NCBI GenBank assembly: GCA_964407715.1
Contig: CAYOWP010000004.1
Span: forward strand, 18,355-82,354
Reading direction: 5' to 3'
DNA from: an uncultured archaeon
GTDB taxonomy: Archaea > EX4484-52 > JAADEF01
DNA: 64,000 bases
Shown: positions 50,181 to 60,803 of the stretch, piece by piece
How the letters are laid out: each line of letters starts with the position of its first letter
How positions within the stretch are numbered: the first letter of the stretch is position 1
Notes under the pieces: model-generated
Seen by the model: only the letters and a program-made list of their open reading frames with translations
The model's database searches: none
Told to the model about the DNA's origin: nothing
Position numbers and translations under genes: made by a program

Positions 50181-51785
50181 ATGGCAAAATTGGAACGCAC
50201 GGATAAACCTGTAAGCGTACTTTTAGAAGAATTGAAAAGAGGCGAGTTAGGTTTACCAGAAATCCAGAGAGGATACGTATGGAATAGACCGCAAGCAAGA
50301 GATTTGGTGGATTCTCTTTATAGAGAATATCCTTCAGGATTAATCCTCTTGTGGAAACCTAAGGAATTACCACAACTTCGCTCTCCGGATGTAGAACAGC
50401 AATCCGAAACAAAAAGAAATCCAACTTACTTAATTTTAGATGGTCAACAACGTTTAACATCCCTTGCGAAAGTGTTTGATGAAGAAGACGAAGATATAAA
50501 CATTTATTTTAATGTAGAAACTGAGGAATTTCAATTGTTCAGTACAAAATTGAAAGCAGATCCTTTATGGGTATCTGTGAAAGATGTTTTGAATAAGGGA
50601 GCTGTAAAAGTCTGGAGAGAGCTTAAGAAACGTTTATTTGAGAGGGTCTTACCACAAGTGAATGAAAAAAAGCTAGATGAATATTTGGAAAGGTTATCAA
50701 GATTAGAAAAAATAAAGGATTATACATATCCTGTAATGATAATACACACAGATGATTATGAAGAAGTAACAGAATCGTTTATTAGAGTGAATTTCAATGG
50801 AACCAGACTAAAAGAGGCTGAAATGGCAATGGCACAATTGGCTTTCAGGTGGCCAGGAGTACTTGTTAAAGAATTTGAAAAAGCATTAGAAGATTATGAA
50901 CAAATTAATTTTGATTTCGAGCCTCGTTTTCTAATGAGATGTTTTGTGGCCATAGGTACAGGTCAAAGCAGATTTAAACATTTAACAAATCTCTGGAGAA
51001 AGAACTTAAATGAACTTCAAGAGATATGGAGAAAAACTAAAGAAGGAATAGATTATACTATAAACTTCCTTAAGAACAACGCCGGAATAGAATCTTCAGA
51101 ATGGATACCATCAATTAATGCATTAGTACCAATTGTAGTCTATTTATCAGAACGCCAATCTTTAACAGAGAAAGAAGAAAGAATCTTGTTATTTTGGTTT
51201 TTTGTTTCCACAATATTTGGAAGATTTACAGGTAGCCCTGAAACAAAATTAGATCAGGACTTGAAAGCACTCAAGAGTGAGGAACCTCTATTATCGCTTA
51301 TAACAAATCTTAGGAGAGAAATGGCGAGTTTTGAGGTAACTCCAGAAATGCTTATAGGTAAATATCAAAGAAATCCCCATCTCCCACTAATATTTGTAAT
51401 TTGTAGGAATAACAAAGCTAAAGATTGGTTCACAGGCACAGTGCTAAGTTCAACTAATGTCGGTCCATCGCATAGACTGGAACTTCATCATATATTTCCA
51501 AAATCTTTGTTAAAAAACAATAATTATAAACCGCAAGATATAGATGCCCTTGCAAACATAGCCTTTCTATCTCAACGTGCAAACAGATCTATTTTGAATT
51601 CGCCTCCAAGTGATTATCTTAAAGACATAGATGAAGAGAAACTCCGGGCACAGTACATTCCTATCGATAAAAATCTTTGGAAACTTGATAACTTTAGTAA
51701 GTTCTTAGAGGAAAGAAGATACCTACTAGCCAATGCTATAAACGATTATCTTAAGAGTTTAGGAGGGGATATTTATGAGATTTAA
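50181..51785 (+). CDS. GmrSD-like DUF262 plus C-terminal DUF1524 HNH protein
   Basis: LPEIQRGYVW, ILDGQQRLTSL, FIRVN, LHHIFPK...LANIAFL...N. Confidence 0.85.
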   Translation: MAKLERTDKPVSVLLEELKRGELGLPEIQRGYVWNRPQARDLVDSLYREYPSGLILLWKPKELPQLRSPDVEQQSETKRNPTYLILDGQQRLTSLAKVFDEEDEDINIYFNVETEEFQLFSTKLKADPLWVSVKDVLNKGAVKVWRELKKRLFERVLPQVNEKKLDEYLERLSRLEKIKDYTYPVMIIHTDDYEEVTESFIRVNFNGTRLKEAEMAMAQLAFRWPGVLVKEFEKALEDYEQINFDFEPRFLMRCFVAIGTGQSRFKHLTNLWRKNLNELQEIWRKTKEGIDYTINFLKNNAGIESSEWIPSINALVPIVVYLSERQSLTEKEERILLFWFFVSTIFGRFTGSPETKLDQDLKALKSEEPLLSLITNLRREMASFEVTPEMLIGKYQRNPHLPLIFVICRNNKAKDWFTGTVLSSTNVGPSHRLELHHIFPKSLLKNNNYKPQDIDALANIAFLSQRANRSILNSPPSDYLKDIDEEKLRAQYIPIDKNLWKLDNFSKFLEERRYLLANAINDYLKSLGGDIYEI

Positions 51786-51835
51786 AAACATGGCATGGAT
51801 TATAATAAAAATGTTTGTGCACGGAGGTGAGATAA

Positions 51836-52810
51836 ATGAAAGGAATAAGTATTGTTTGGTTGTCCAAAACAGATTTGACGAACCTTAATGCAGGTGAAGG
51901 AGAAACAAATTATATTGATATCAAGAAATTCAGAAAGGAAGGAAAAGAATATCCCTACGTCTCAGGTCAAGCTATGAGATTTTACATTAAAGAAGCAATA
52001 AGAAGAAATCTTAAAGATAGAGAGTATATGTGTGTTCCTGATGATAAGGGTGAAACATGTGGAAATATTCAAAAGTGTATTCTATGCGATCTCTTCGGAT
52101 TTATGAGTACTATTAAAAAAGGTACTCCATGGCCAGGATATGAGAATGGACATCCAGGGGGAGCTGTAACTAGAGTATCTCCTGTGAAAGTGTCTCCTGC
52201 CATAGGTATGTTACCGTTTGACGAAAATGTTGTCATAGACTTCCTAACAAGAAGAAAATCTCAAAAAGAAACAGGAGAATTATCTGGAGATATAGTGAAT
52301 GTTGAAATAGGAACAAACATTTATAAATGTGGAATTTCAATCGATGTAGTTAGAGTAGGGGGTGATGAAGTAATAGATAATGAAAATAGAACTGTAAAAA
52401 TAGAATATCTTATGCCCTCCGAAGAGAGAAAAAATAGAATTAAAAAAGTCTTGGAAGCTCTAAGGTATTTAACGGATTATTCGAAGCAGGCGAGATTGCT
52501 GACAGATTTCACTCCTGATGTGATATGCATAACATTCCAGAGTAAATACTCTCACAGGCTGCAGAAGCTGTTTGAGTTTGTAATCGAGAACGGGAAAATC
52601 GTAAGGAAGCTTGATGTGAAAAGAATGGAAGAAATATTGAATGACGTAAAGGATTACAGCGACAGAATAATGTTTGGAATGATATCTGGAGTAATAGAGA
52701 ACGAAGAAGAAGTAAAGGAAGTTATGCAGAAGTTTGGAATTGAAGTAAAAACACCGAAAGAGGTGATTGAAGAAGCTCTGAATTACATAAACAAAGTGGC
52801 GGTAGAGTGA
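51836..52810 (+). CDS. cas7: Cas7 (Cst2/DevR type)
   Basis: [32 protein letters not shown]. Confidence 0.92.
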   Translation: MKGISIVWLSKTDLTNLNAGEGETNYIDIKKFRKEGKEYPYVSGQAMRFYIKEAIRRNLKDREYMCVPDDKGETCGNIQKCILCDLFGFMSTIKKGTPWPGYENGHPGGAVTRVSPVKVSPAIGMLPFDENVVIDFLTRRKSQKETGELSGDIVNVEIGTNIYKCGISIDVVRVGGDEVIDNENRTVKIEYLMPSEERKNRIKKVLEALRYLTDYSKQARLLTDFTPDVICITFQSKYSHRLQKLFEFVIENGKIVRKLDVKRMEEILNDVKDYSDRIMFGMISGVIENEEEVKEVMQKFGIEVKTPKEVIEEALNYINKVAVE

Positions 52811-53475
52811 GAGTGATCGAAATGCTTGGCCTGGTTTTTTATCTGGAAGGAATTTATTTTTGTTGTTTCAGGCAGCCGACCACAACAAGCCTAATCCTAT
52901 CATTCCCCGTTCCTCCTTTTACTACTATCCGTGGTTTCTTAGAAAATGCTATAGGCTATGAAAAGGATTCATTTGCTCTACAAGAAAAAGATTTGCTCAT
53001 TGGAATAAGACCTTTAAGCGAAATTGAGAAAACAACTGAACTGACAAAACTACTAAAGTTAAAAGAAAACGAGCCATGCTTTAAGAGAACTTTTCCTTCT
53101 TCACCTATGTTCAAAACTTTTCTAGTTAATCCTAAATATAAGGTATATTTAGTAGGAGATAATAAACTTATAAAAGAGATTGCAGAAAAGTTGAAAGATC
53201 CTTCCCGCCCTCTATATCTGGGACAGTCCGACGATTTTGTGGATGTTAAAAATATAGAGACTATGGAAGTGGAAAAAACTAAGAGTTTGAAAATATATAG
53301 CGTTATTGAAGGTTTTCACGAAAATTGCGAGATTGTTAAACTTCCATACAAATTTATAAATAACGGGAAAGATGTGGAAATGAAAATTATCTCGATTCCA
53401 AAAAAGTTTCCGTTGAAGTTGAAAGAAGAAGTCGAGTGCTTTAAATTTGGTGAAGAATATGTGTGGTGCGTTTAG
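52807..53475 (+). CDS. cas5: Cas5
   Basis: [25 protein letters not shown]. Confidence 0.92.
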   Translation: MRVIEMLGLVFYLEGIYFCCFRQPTTTSLILSFPVPPFTTIRGFLENAIGYEKDSFALQEKDLLIGIRPLSEIEKTTELTKLLKLKENEPCFKRTFPSSPMFKTFLVNPKYKVYLVGDNKLIKEIAEKLKDPSRPLYLGQSDDFVDVKNIETMEVEKTKSLKIYSVIEGFHENCEIVKLPYKFINNGKDVEMKIISIPKKFPLKLKEEVECFKFGEEYVWCV

Positions 53476-53562
53476 CAAAAAATATTGAAAAGATACTAAT
53501 TCCAACAATTCACAATATAAAGGCCTTGGGTGAACAAAAAAATAGAGGAGCAGGGAGAGTAA

Positions 53563-56133
53563 ATGCTCAAATTGGATAGGAAGAATGTGTTAGCAAAATT
53601 TTCAGAAAAAACTGGAAAAAAGCAAACTTTATCTGGTCACACAATAGATTGTCTTAAAATCCTAAGATGCTATTTTGAAAAAAATGAGGTAATTATAGAG
53701 GTATTTTGTAAACGATGGAACATAGATAAACAAACATTCATGAGAAACTTGTTCGTTGCGGTTTATCTTCACGATATCGGGAAATTAACAAAAGAGTTTC
53801 AGAAGAGAATTAGTGAGGGAAAACACTCACAGCAGTATCCGCATGCATTTTATGGATTTCCAATTGTTTGGGAGGTCTTTAAAAAACAATTCCAGGAATT
53901 CGTGTATTCCGACGAGCCATTAATAGAAACTTTAAGTGTTCTTGCACATCACACGCAGCTTTATGATGGAATTTACGAAAACGCGCAGATAAAGGAAGTG
54001 GATATACTGAAGAACGAGATAATTGAATTCGTAAACGGAATTGAAAAGGTTTATGAAAGCTTAAGTTTCAAAAAATTTTTCGAGTTAAGATGGAATAACC
54101 TACAACTACACGATTTAAAAAGTTTTGCTTTATTTGAAAGGAATCCCCAGCACAAAATTCCAAACGGTATAAGGAGATTGAGAGAAAAAATTGAAAATTT
54201 AAAGGGAAATAATTTACAAAAAATTTGTGCACTAAAATCCATATACACATCCTTCCTTTCTATTTTAAAACTCTGTGACTACTATGCAAGTGTAGAGTTC
54301 TCAGAGTATGCCTGTAAGGATAACACAGAAAAAGAAATTTTTGATGATGTTTTGAAAAAACCTGAAAAATATGTGTTATCCTTGCCATCCATAACTGAGG
54401 ATATCATCCTTAGAAAACATAAGCCTTATGAATTTCAAAAAGAGATAAAGGAAAAATCTCCAGAATTCTGCTTTTTGTTTGCTCCATGCGGGAGAGGAAA
54501 AACAGAAGCAGCTTTACTCTGGGCATTTGAAGTTTGTAAAAAATACAATAAAAACAAAATTATTTTTGCGATGCCAACTCAAACGACAAGCAATGCTATG
54601 AGAGATAGATTTGTAGAATTACTAGAGAGTGCTGGTCTAAATGGCGAAGAATATGTTGGTTTATATCATGGAAAGAGTTTTATTAAGTTTAAAGAAGAAA
54701 GAGTGAGAGATCAAGAGGAAGAGAAAGATGAATTAAGTGATGAGGATATAGAGGAGATAAAAGGAGAAAATTTTAAAGGAAATATATTTTTCAAGCCAAT
54801 TACTATCACAACGATAGATCATCTTATCCTTTCATTTGTTCATGGTTTTCCCCAGGCGGATTTCGCATTGGGTAATTTGCAAAACGCTGTGATCATATTT
54901 GATGAAGTGCATTACTATGAAACGCAAACTCTAAAACATTTAGTTGATTTGTTTAAAATTTTAAGAAAAATGAGAGTTCCACACTTGCTTATGAGCGGAA
55001 CTCTTCCAGATTTTCTGATTGAAAGAATTAATAAGGATTCAAAAGAGGAAAATATAAAATACGAGTTAATTAAAGATAAAATAGGACTTCAATATACTCC
55101 CTTCAAAATCGAAAAATATAAAGAACCCTTAATCACAAAAGAAAACGTAAATGAGAAAGTAATTGAGGAGATAATAAAAAATTTCAAGATAGGATACAAT
55201 CAATTTATCATACTTAATACAGTCGAGAGGTCACAAAGAGTATATAAAATATTAAAAGAAAAATTAAAGAAATTTGGTGAAAAATATGTAAAAGATATTT
55301 TCCTCTTGCATTCCCAATTCACATACAGAGATAGAACTAAAAAAGAAAAGGAAATACTTAATATTCTAAATAAAAAGAGAGAACGCCCTGTTATTTTAGT
55401 AGCAACACAAATTATAGAAATTTCTTTAGATATCTCTTGCGATATAATGTATACGGAGTTGGCTCCAATAGATGCAATAGGCCAAAGAGGAGGAAGAATA
55501 AATAGAGGAAATAAAAACTGGAGAAAAAACAAAAAAGAATATATTATCAAAGTCTTCGAACCTGAAAAAGAATATCCATATGATAAAGAAATAATCAAAA
55601 ACACAAAAAATATTTTAACTTCCGATGTTTACTCTTATCTAAAGTTAAAATTAGCATGTGATAAGGTATATAAAAAAGACTATCTTGAAATATTTGAGGA
55701 ATCTTGGGCATCAAGTACAAATAGACAGCCTCTTCTTTCATTTGATGGAAGAGAAGGGGTGTTCGAGGAAACATGTTTATTTGGTTTACATCACTCCGAT
55801 ATGGTCTATATAAATTCTAATGAGGAAAAAGGAAAAGCGTTAATTATCAGACCAGAAAAACAACAAAAATTTGATGTAATTCCTGAAATATATTATAAAC
55901 AGAAAAATGAAAATGCTTTAATTGAAGAAAATCTTGTGAAAATTCCTTTATGGTGGATAAAAGAAGATGAGAAAAAACACGGAAGGAATGATCTTCAATG
56001 GTTCTATATGCATATTGTTAATAAAAATGGAAAAAAGAGGGTATTTTGGATTTGTAAATTAGATTATTCTGAAGAGTATGGTTTTGATACATCAAAATTA
56101 GAAAGTTTTTCAGAAGATTTTGAGATAATATAA
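53563..56133 (+). CDS. cas3: Cas3 HD nuclease-helicase
   Basis: LHDIGK, APCGRGKTE, DEVH, MSGT, QRGGRINR. Confidence 0.95.
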   Translation: MLKLDRKNVLAKFSEKTGKKQTLSGHTIDCLKILRCYFEKNEVIIEVFCKRWNIDKQTFMRNLFVAVYLHDIGKLTKEFQKRISEGKHSQQYPHAFYGFPIVWEVFKKQFQEFVYSDEPLIETLSVLAHHTQLYDGIYENAQIKEVDILKNEIIEFVNGIEKVYESLSFKKFFELRWNNLQLHDLKSFALFERNPQHKIPNGIRRLREKIENLKGNNLQKICALKSIYTSFLSILKLCDYYASVEFSEYACKDNTEKEIFDDVLKKPEKYVLSLPSITEDIILRKHKPYEFQKEIKEKSPEFCFLFAPCGRGKTEAALLWAFEVCKKYNKNKIIFAMPTQTTSNAMRDRFVELLESAGLNGEEYVGLYHGKSFIKFKEERVRDQEEEKDELSDEDIEEIKGENFKGNIFFKPITITTIDHLILSFVHGFPQADFALGNLQNAVIIFDEVHYYETQTLKHLVDLFKILRKMRVPHLLMSGTLPDFLIERINKDSKEENIKYELIKDKIGLQYTPFKIEKYKEPLITKENVNEKVIEEIIKNFKIGYNQFIILNTVERSQRVYKILKEKLKKFGEKYVKDIFLLHSQFTYRDRTKKEKEILNILNKKRERPVILVATQIIEISLDISCDIMYTELAPIDAIGQRGGRINRGNKNWRKNKKEYIIKVFEPEKEYPYDKEIIKNTKNILTSDVYSYLKLKLACDKVYKKDYLEIFEESWASSTNRQPLLSFDGREGVFEETCLFGLHHSDMVYINSNEEKGKALIIRPEKQQKFDVIPEIYYKQKNENALIEENLVKIPLWWIKEDEKKHGRNDLQWFYMHIVNKNGKKRVFWICKLDYSEEYGFDTSKLESFSEDFEII

Positions 56134-56186
56134 TTTAGATTTTCATAATATAAAAGATTTATATCTCCTTTGCATATTTATTTATA

Positions 56187-56699
56187 ATGGAGATAGACAA
56201 AGATGTAATCATTAGAGGAACTCAGATTTCTTATTATTACATTTGTCATACTAAGCTTTATCTTTTTAGTCATTTTATTCAATTAGAAAAAAATTCTCCT
56301 TTAGTGGAAATAGGAAAATTTTTACATGATATTTCTTATCCTCAAGATAAAAAGGAATATAAGATAGAGGATGAAATATCTATAGATATCATCAAGACAT
56401 CTAAAGGAATAGAGATAAGAGAAATAAAAAAATCAAATAAAATGGAGAAAGCACACGAGATGCAAATTAAATATTATCTTTATTATCTTAAAAGGAAAAA
56501 CGTAAATATTAGTAAAGGAGTTATTCTTTATCCACGTCTTAGAAAAGTAAAAGAGATCTTCCTTACAGAAGAAGATGAAAAAGAGATAAGTAAAGCAATA
56601 CACGAAATAAAAAGAATAGTGTCATCACCAACACCACCTAAACCAAAATATAAAAAGTATTGCAAGTCTTGTGCTTATTACTATTTTTGTTTTGGATAG
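56187..56699 (+). CDS. cas4: Cas4 exonuclease
   Basis: YYYIC, EIKKS, QIKYY, CKSCAYYYFC. Confidence 0.93.
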   Translation: MEIDKDVIIRGTQISYYYICHTKLYLFSHFIQLEKNSPLVEIGKFLHDISYPQDKKEYKIEDEISIDIIKTSKGIEIREIKKSNKMEKAHEMQIKYYLYYLKRKNVNISKGVILYPRLRKVKEIFLTEEDEKEISKAIHEIKRIVSSPTPPKPKYKKYCKSCAYYYFCFG

Positions 56700-56709
56700 G
56701 TGGAAATAA

Positions 56710-57678
56710 ATGGGAAAAACACTATATCTGGTAAATAGTGGTAGAGTACAGCGTAAAGAGAATACCTTATGTATTGAAAATAAAAATGGCAAATTTTATT
56801 TTCCTATTGAAAATATTGAACAGATAAATGTCTTAGCAGAAATAGATATAAACACAAAACTCTTAGAGTTTTTAGCAAAAAAAGGAATTATAATTAACTT
56901 TTTTGATTATTATGGAAATTATTATGGGACTTTTTCTCCAAAAGAACAATTAATAGCAGGAGAAGTAATAATAAAACAAGTTGAACATTATTTAGATAAA
57001 GAAAAAAGAATTTTCTTAGCAAGGCAATTTATAAAGGGAGCTGTAAAAAACCTTTTCATCAATTTGAAATATTATAAGATAAATATTTCTTTAGATGAGT
57101 ATTTGAATAAAATAGAGAATGGGAAGGAGATCTTTGAATTAATGAGTTATGAGGGAAATTTCAGAAAGCAATATTATGATCTCTTAGATGAGCATATTTT
57201 AAAAGAACCTTTTAAGATAATAACACGGACAAGACAACCTCCCACTAATTATATGAATGCTTTAATAAGTTTTGGAAATTCTTTATTATATGCCACAACA
57301 ATTAAGGAAATTTTTTATACTCAACTTCATCCTTCCATATCCTTTCTTCATGAACCTTTTTATAGAAGATATTCTTTGGCCTTAGATATTTCAGAAATTT
57401 TTAAGCCTATAATTGTTGATAGAATTATATTTAAACTTATCAACAAAAAAATGATTGATGAATCTTTTTTTGAGAAATCGTTGAATGGTATTCTTCTTAA
57501 TGAAAAAGGAAGAAAATTATTTATTTCAGAATATGAATCCAAACTTAAATCCACTATCTTCCACAAAAAACTTAAACGAAATGTTTCGTATAAGCAATTA
57601 ATTCGTATAGAATGTTATAAATTGATAAAGCATTTAATTGGTATGGAAACTTATGATCCCTTTGTAATGTGGTGGTAG
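56710..57678 (+). CDS. cas1: Cas1 (type I-B)
   Basis: NALISFGN, ISFLHE, LALDISEIFKP, C-terminal MWW. Confidence 0.95.
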   Translation: MGKTLYLVNSGRVQRKENTLCIENKNGKFYFPIENIEQINVLAEIDINTKLLEFLAKKGIIINFFDYYGNYYGTFSPKEQLIAGEVIIKQVEHYLDKEKRIFLARQFIKGAVKNLFINLKYYKINISLDEYLNKIENGKEIFELMSYEGNFRKQYYDLLDEHILKEPFKIITRTRQPPTNYMNALISFGNSLLYATTIKEIFYTQLHPSISFLHEPFYRRYSLALDISEIFKPIIVDRIIFKLINKKMIDESFFEKSLNGILLNEKGRKLFISEYESKLKSTIFHKKLKRNVSYKQLIRIECYKLIKHLIGMETYDPFVMWW

Positions 57679-57680
57679 AG

Positions 57681-57956
57681 ATGGTTTATGTAATATTAGT
57701 TTATGATGTAAATGTATCAAGGGTTAATGAGGTAAGAAAATATTTGAGAAGATATTTATATTGGACTCAGAACTCTGTATTTGAGGGGGAATTATCGGAG
57801 ATAAAATTAGAAAAAATATTGTACAATCTCAAAAAGATATGTAACGAAAAGGAAGATAGTATCAGAGTCTATGTTATTCGCGATAAGTTTTTTATTAAAA
57901 GGGTAATTAATATTGGCATTATCAAAGGAGGAGAACCTGATCTCATGATTTTCTAA
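57681..57956 (+). CDS. cas2: Cas2
   Basis: ILVYDV, QNSVFEGEL, DSIRVY. Confidence 0.93.
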   Translation: MVYVILVYDVNVSRVNEVRKYLRRYLYWTQNSVFEGELSEIKLEKILYNLKKICNEKEDSIRVYVIRDKFFIKRVINIGIIKGGEPDLMIF

Positions 57957-58207
57957 GATTTGAAGTTTTTTGGTTAACGAAAATATTCCCAATAAAATCT
58001 GGTTAATGAGAACCACATCTATTACTAAGGATTCTTCGTATGGCAGTTGAAAGGCTATCTTTTCCATTATCAATAAAACTCATTCTCCGAAACTAAGATT
58101 TAAGACTTTTCTGGAATCTTTTTAAATCCCTCTTATTTTCTTACATCCCAGAAAAATTTTCATAAAATTTATTTAAATTTGCTATTCCTTATTCTATTAA
58201 TAAACGG
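57957..58207 (+). promoter_or_regulatory. CRISPR leader
   Basis: Non-coding AT-rich segment between cas2 and the first repeat, with TTTAAAT box near 58172. Confidence 0.7.
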
Positions 58208-59504
58208 GTCTTAATAAGATCATAGTGGGATTGAAATGCAATAACTTCATATCTGTAAATCTCTTCTTCATCAGTCTTAATAAGATCATAGTGGGATTGA
58301 AATTCATTAGCAGATATACTAAGTATTTTAGATAAAGTGGTCTTAATAAGATCATAGTGGGATTGAAATTTATGCGATTTTGAAACGGATGATGCGGCGG
58401 TCTTATGGTCTTAATAAGATCATAGTGGGATTGAAATTTCGGTTGCACTTGCCCAATCCCGTTTAGGATTCTCTAGTCTTAATAAGATCATAGTGGGATT
58501 GAAATAAAAACATATATGTTCAAACTTATATTTAAAGTTATGTCTTAATAAGATCATAGTGGGATTGAAATGCTTTTTTCTCAAAAGATTTTAATCCTGA
58601 TGATTATGTCTTAATAAGATCATAGTGGGATTGAAATTTCATATCACCTATTATCTTTTATTCATTTTCTTTTGTCTTAATAAGATCATAGTGGGATTGA
58701 AATCTTTTTTCAAAAGGAACATCTAAATCAATAGTAATAGTCTTAATAAGATCATAGTGGGATTGAAATTTAGGGGCCGGTATTTTGGCTGGATTAGGAT
58801 TAGGAAGTCTTAATAAGATCATAGTGGGATTGAAATACGGATATTGGGAAGTTGGAGATATCATAGGACATGGTCTTAATAAGATCATAGTGGGATTGAA
58901 ATCTATTGTTGATTTTGAGTTTCTAAATTTTGCTATAAGTCTTAATAAGATCATAGTGGGATTGAAATTAAATGCATGCGTGCATTAGCAGTGACCTCCG
59001 AAGCGGTCTTAATAAGATCATAGTGGGATTGAAATCATTTATCATAAACTTAAGCATAATAAAACATTAAGGATGTCTTAATAAGATCATAGTGGGATTG
59101 AAATGTTTCATAAAAGGTGTTCTTTATGCAAAATCGGGTAGTCTTAATAAGATCATAGTGGGATTGAAATCCATAATCGTATCCCCAAGCAGTTGCGTTC
59201 AAAGTATGTCTTAATAAGATCATAGTGGGATTGAAATGTCAAAGCAATCAGCCCTTTTGCAAACAACCTCAAAGTCTTAATAAGATCATAGTGGGATTGA
59301 AATATTGTAAAGAATAAAAAGTTAAGGATAGAGAAAATTTGTCTTAATAAGATCATAGTGGGATTGAAATTTACGAATATCCTCAGTAGCACCTTTTAAT
59401 TTTCTTGTCTTAATAAGATCATAGTGGGATTGAAATCAATCTCCTCTCCTTTATAACTTGCGTTGTTGAGGAAAGTCTTAATAAGATCATAGTGGGATTG
59501 AAAG
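58208..59504 (+). CRISPR. CRISPR array: 20 repeats of 30 bp (GTCTTAATAAGATCATAGTGGGATTGAAAT), 19 spacers of 36-39 bp
   Basis: Counted repeats start 58208...59475; ATTGAAA(N) 3' end; last repeat ends in G, consistent with the trailer end. Confidence 0.98.
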
Positions 59505-59555
59505 GTATTTTTTTAAATTTTTATGTTATTTTTATAAAGATAAAAAGGAAAAGGA

Positions 59556-59750
59556 GTGGTTGGGATGAGGAGGGTTGTGTATTCAGAGAGAAAAGAGAGA
59601 TGTCTATATAAATACATCAGAAATAAAAGATTAGATGAGAGATGTATTAATTGCAGTGGTTATGGAAAGTATTACAACTTTGAAGAATGCAAATACAGCA
59701 GGTGTGAGTATTACGAACCTGTGAATAAATACCGTTTTTTATTTAAATAA
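59556..59750 (+). CDS. Small Cys-rich protein, paralog of 45053-45289
   Basis: C..CINCSGYGKY...YSRCEYYEPV. Confidence 0.62.
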   Translation: MVGMRRVVYSERKERCLYKYIRNKRLDERCINCSGYGKYYNFEECKYSRCEYYEPVNKYRFLFK

Positions 59751-59753
59751 CAA

Positions 59754-60737
59754 TCACTTCAGTAAAGCAATAAACTCTTCCATTTCCTTCTTTAGTTTTT
59801 TGCCTATGAATTCCTTTCCGCTTGAGAAATAATCTATTTTTGCTGCTTTACTTATCTTTAATGCCAACACTCTCGCTACTTTTCCGCGATGTCTCTTAGG
59901 AGCTCTCTGGATATACTCAGAGAGAAATATTATTCCATGCTTTGGTGATCTTCCCTTGCCTAGGAGATGCATAAATAGTGCTCTCTCAGCACCAATAACT
60001 TGGATAGTTGAGGAAGGAGCATACGCTAACTTCTCCAAACTTCCTATCTCTGATAAAAGATGTGCTGTTAATTTTGGGCCAAGTAAACATGATACATTAG
60101 GCGCTACTTCTTTCACCATCTTCTCTAATGTATCTTCCATTCTCTCCTTTATCCTTATCAGCTCTCTTACATTCTTAGAGAGATACTTTACAATCTCCTC
60201 ATACTCCTTATCTTTTATAATACTTTCCAATACTGGTTTATATCTAAGATTTCCCTTGCTCAAATCCTCTATGAAATCTTTATTGGTTTTATATTGCTCA
60301 TAGCTTCCAGGATATAGATATACTGAGAGCTCTTTTATTCTTACTACACACTCATTTATGATCTTTTCATAATGATTAATAGCATCAAATAGAAGTATGA
60401 TTTGTTTGTCCTTGGTAATGCTCTCTTCTATTCTCTTGCTTAAAATATCCATGCTGCTCTTTTTTATCTCCTTTATCTTAGCTTTATTTAGCTCTAAAAG
60501 AATGTCCAATAATGCCTTATTGCTCTCAAAACTTTTGTTCTCTTTTTCAAAAAGATATATGATTTTTGAATCTTTATATTTCTCCTCTATTTTCTCCTCA
60601 TACTTTGTTTTCTCTTTAGAGAGAACTTTAAGATTATCCTCAACAGATTCCAGCGGAACTCTTTCAAGAATCTCTTTTTTCTCATTTAAAACAATAAGCT
60701 CATTAAAAACCAATCCAACATAGACTTTATTTGCCAT
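59754..60737 (-). CDS. nop5: C/D box snoRNP protein Nop5 (Nop56/58)
   Basis: APNVSCLLG, PSSTIQVIGAERALF, SPKHGIIF, RGKVAR..AAKIDY. Confidence 0.92.
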   Translation of the reverse strand: MANKVYVGLVFNELIVLNEKKEILERVPLESVEDNLKVLSKEKTKYEEKIEEKYKDSKIIYLFEKENKSFESNKALLDILLELNKAKIKEIKKSSMDILSKRIEESITKDKQIILLFDAINHYEKIINECVVRIKELSVYLYPGSYEQYKTNKDFIEDLSKGNLRYKPVLESIIKDKEYEEIVKYLSKNVRELIRIKERMEDTLEKMVKEVAPNVSCLLGPKLTAHLLSEIGSLEKLAYAPSSTIQVIGAERALFMHLLGKGRSPKHGIIFLSEYIQRAPKRHRGKVARVLALKISKAAKIDYFSSGKEFIGKKLKKEMEEFIALLK

Positions 60738-60803
60738 ATGTATGTTTTTATATCTAAAATTTAAAAAACTTTAAAAACTTTTCTATTTTATTTTTTTATA
60801 ATT

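Noticed and set aside
58593-58607. Self-targeting: 15-nt match of spacer 6 to 18102-18116
   Set aside because: Only 15 of 36 nt match, in AT-rich sequence; the rest does not align.
58197-59392. ORFs with repeated FNPTMILLR/FQSHYDLIKT peptides
   Set aside because: Translations of the CRISPR repeats.
47400-59750. attL/attR duplication of the tRNA-Glu 3' end delimiting an integrated island
   Set aside because: No second copy of the tRNA 3' end was seen downstream, and no integrase.
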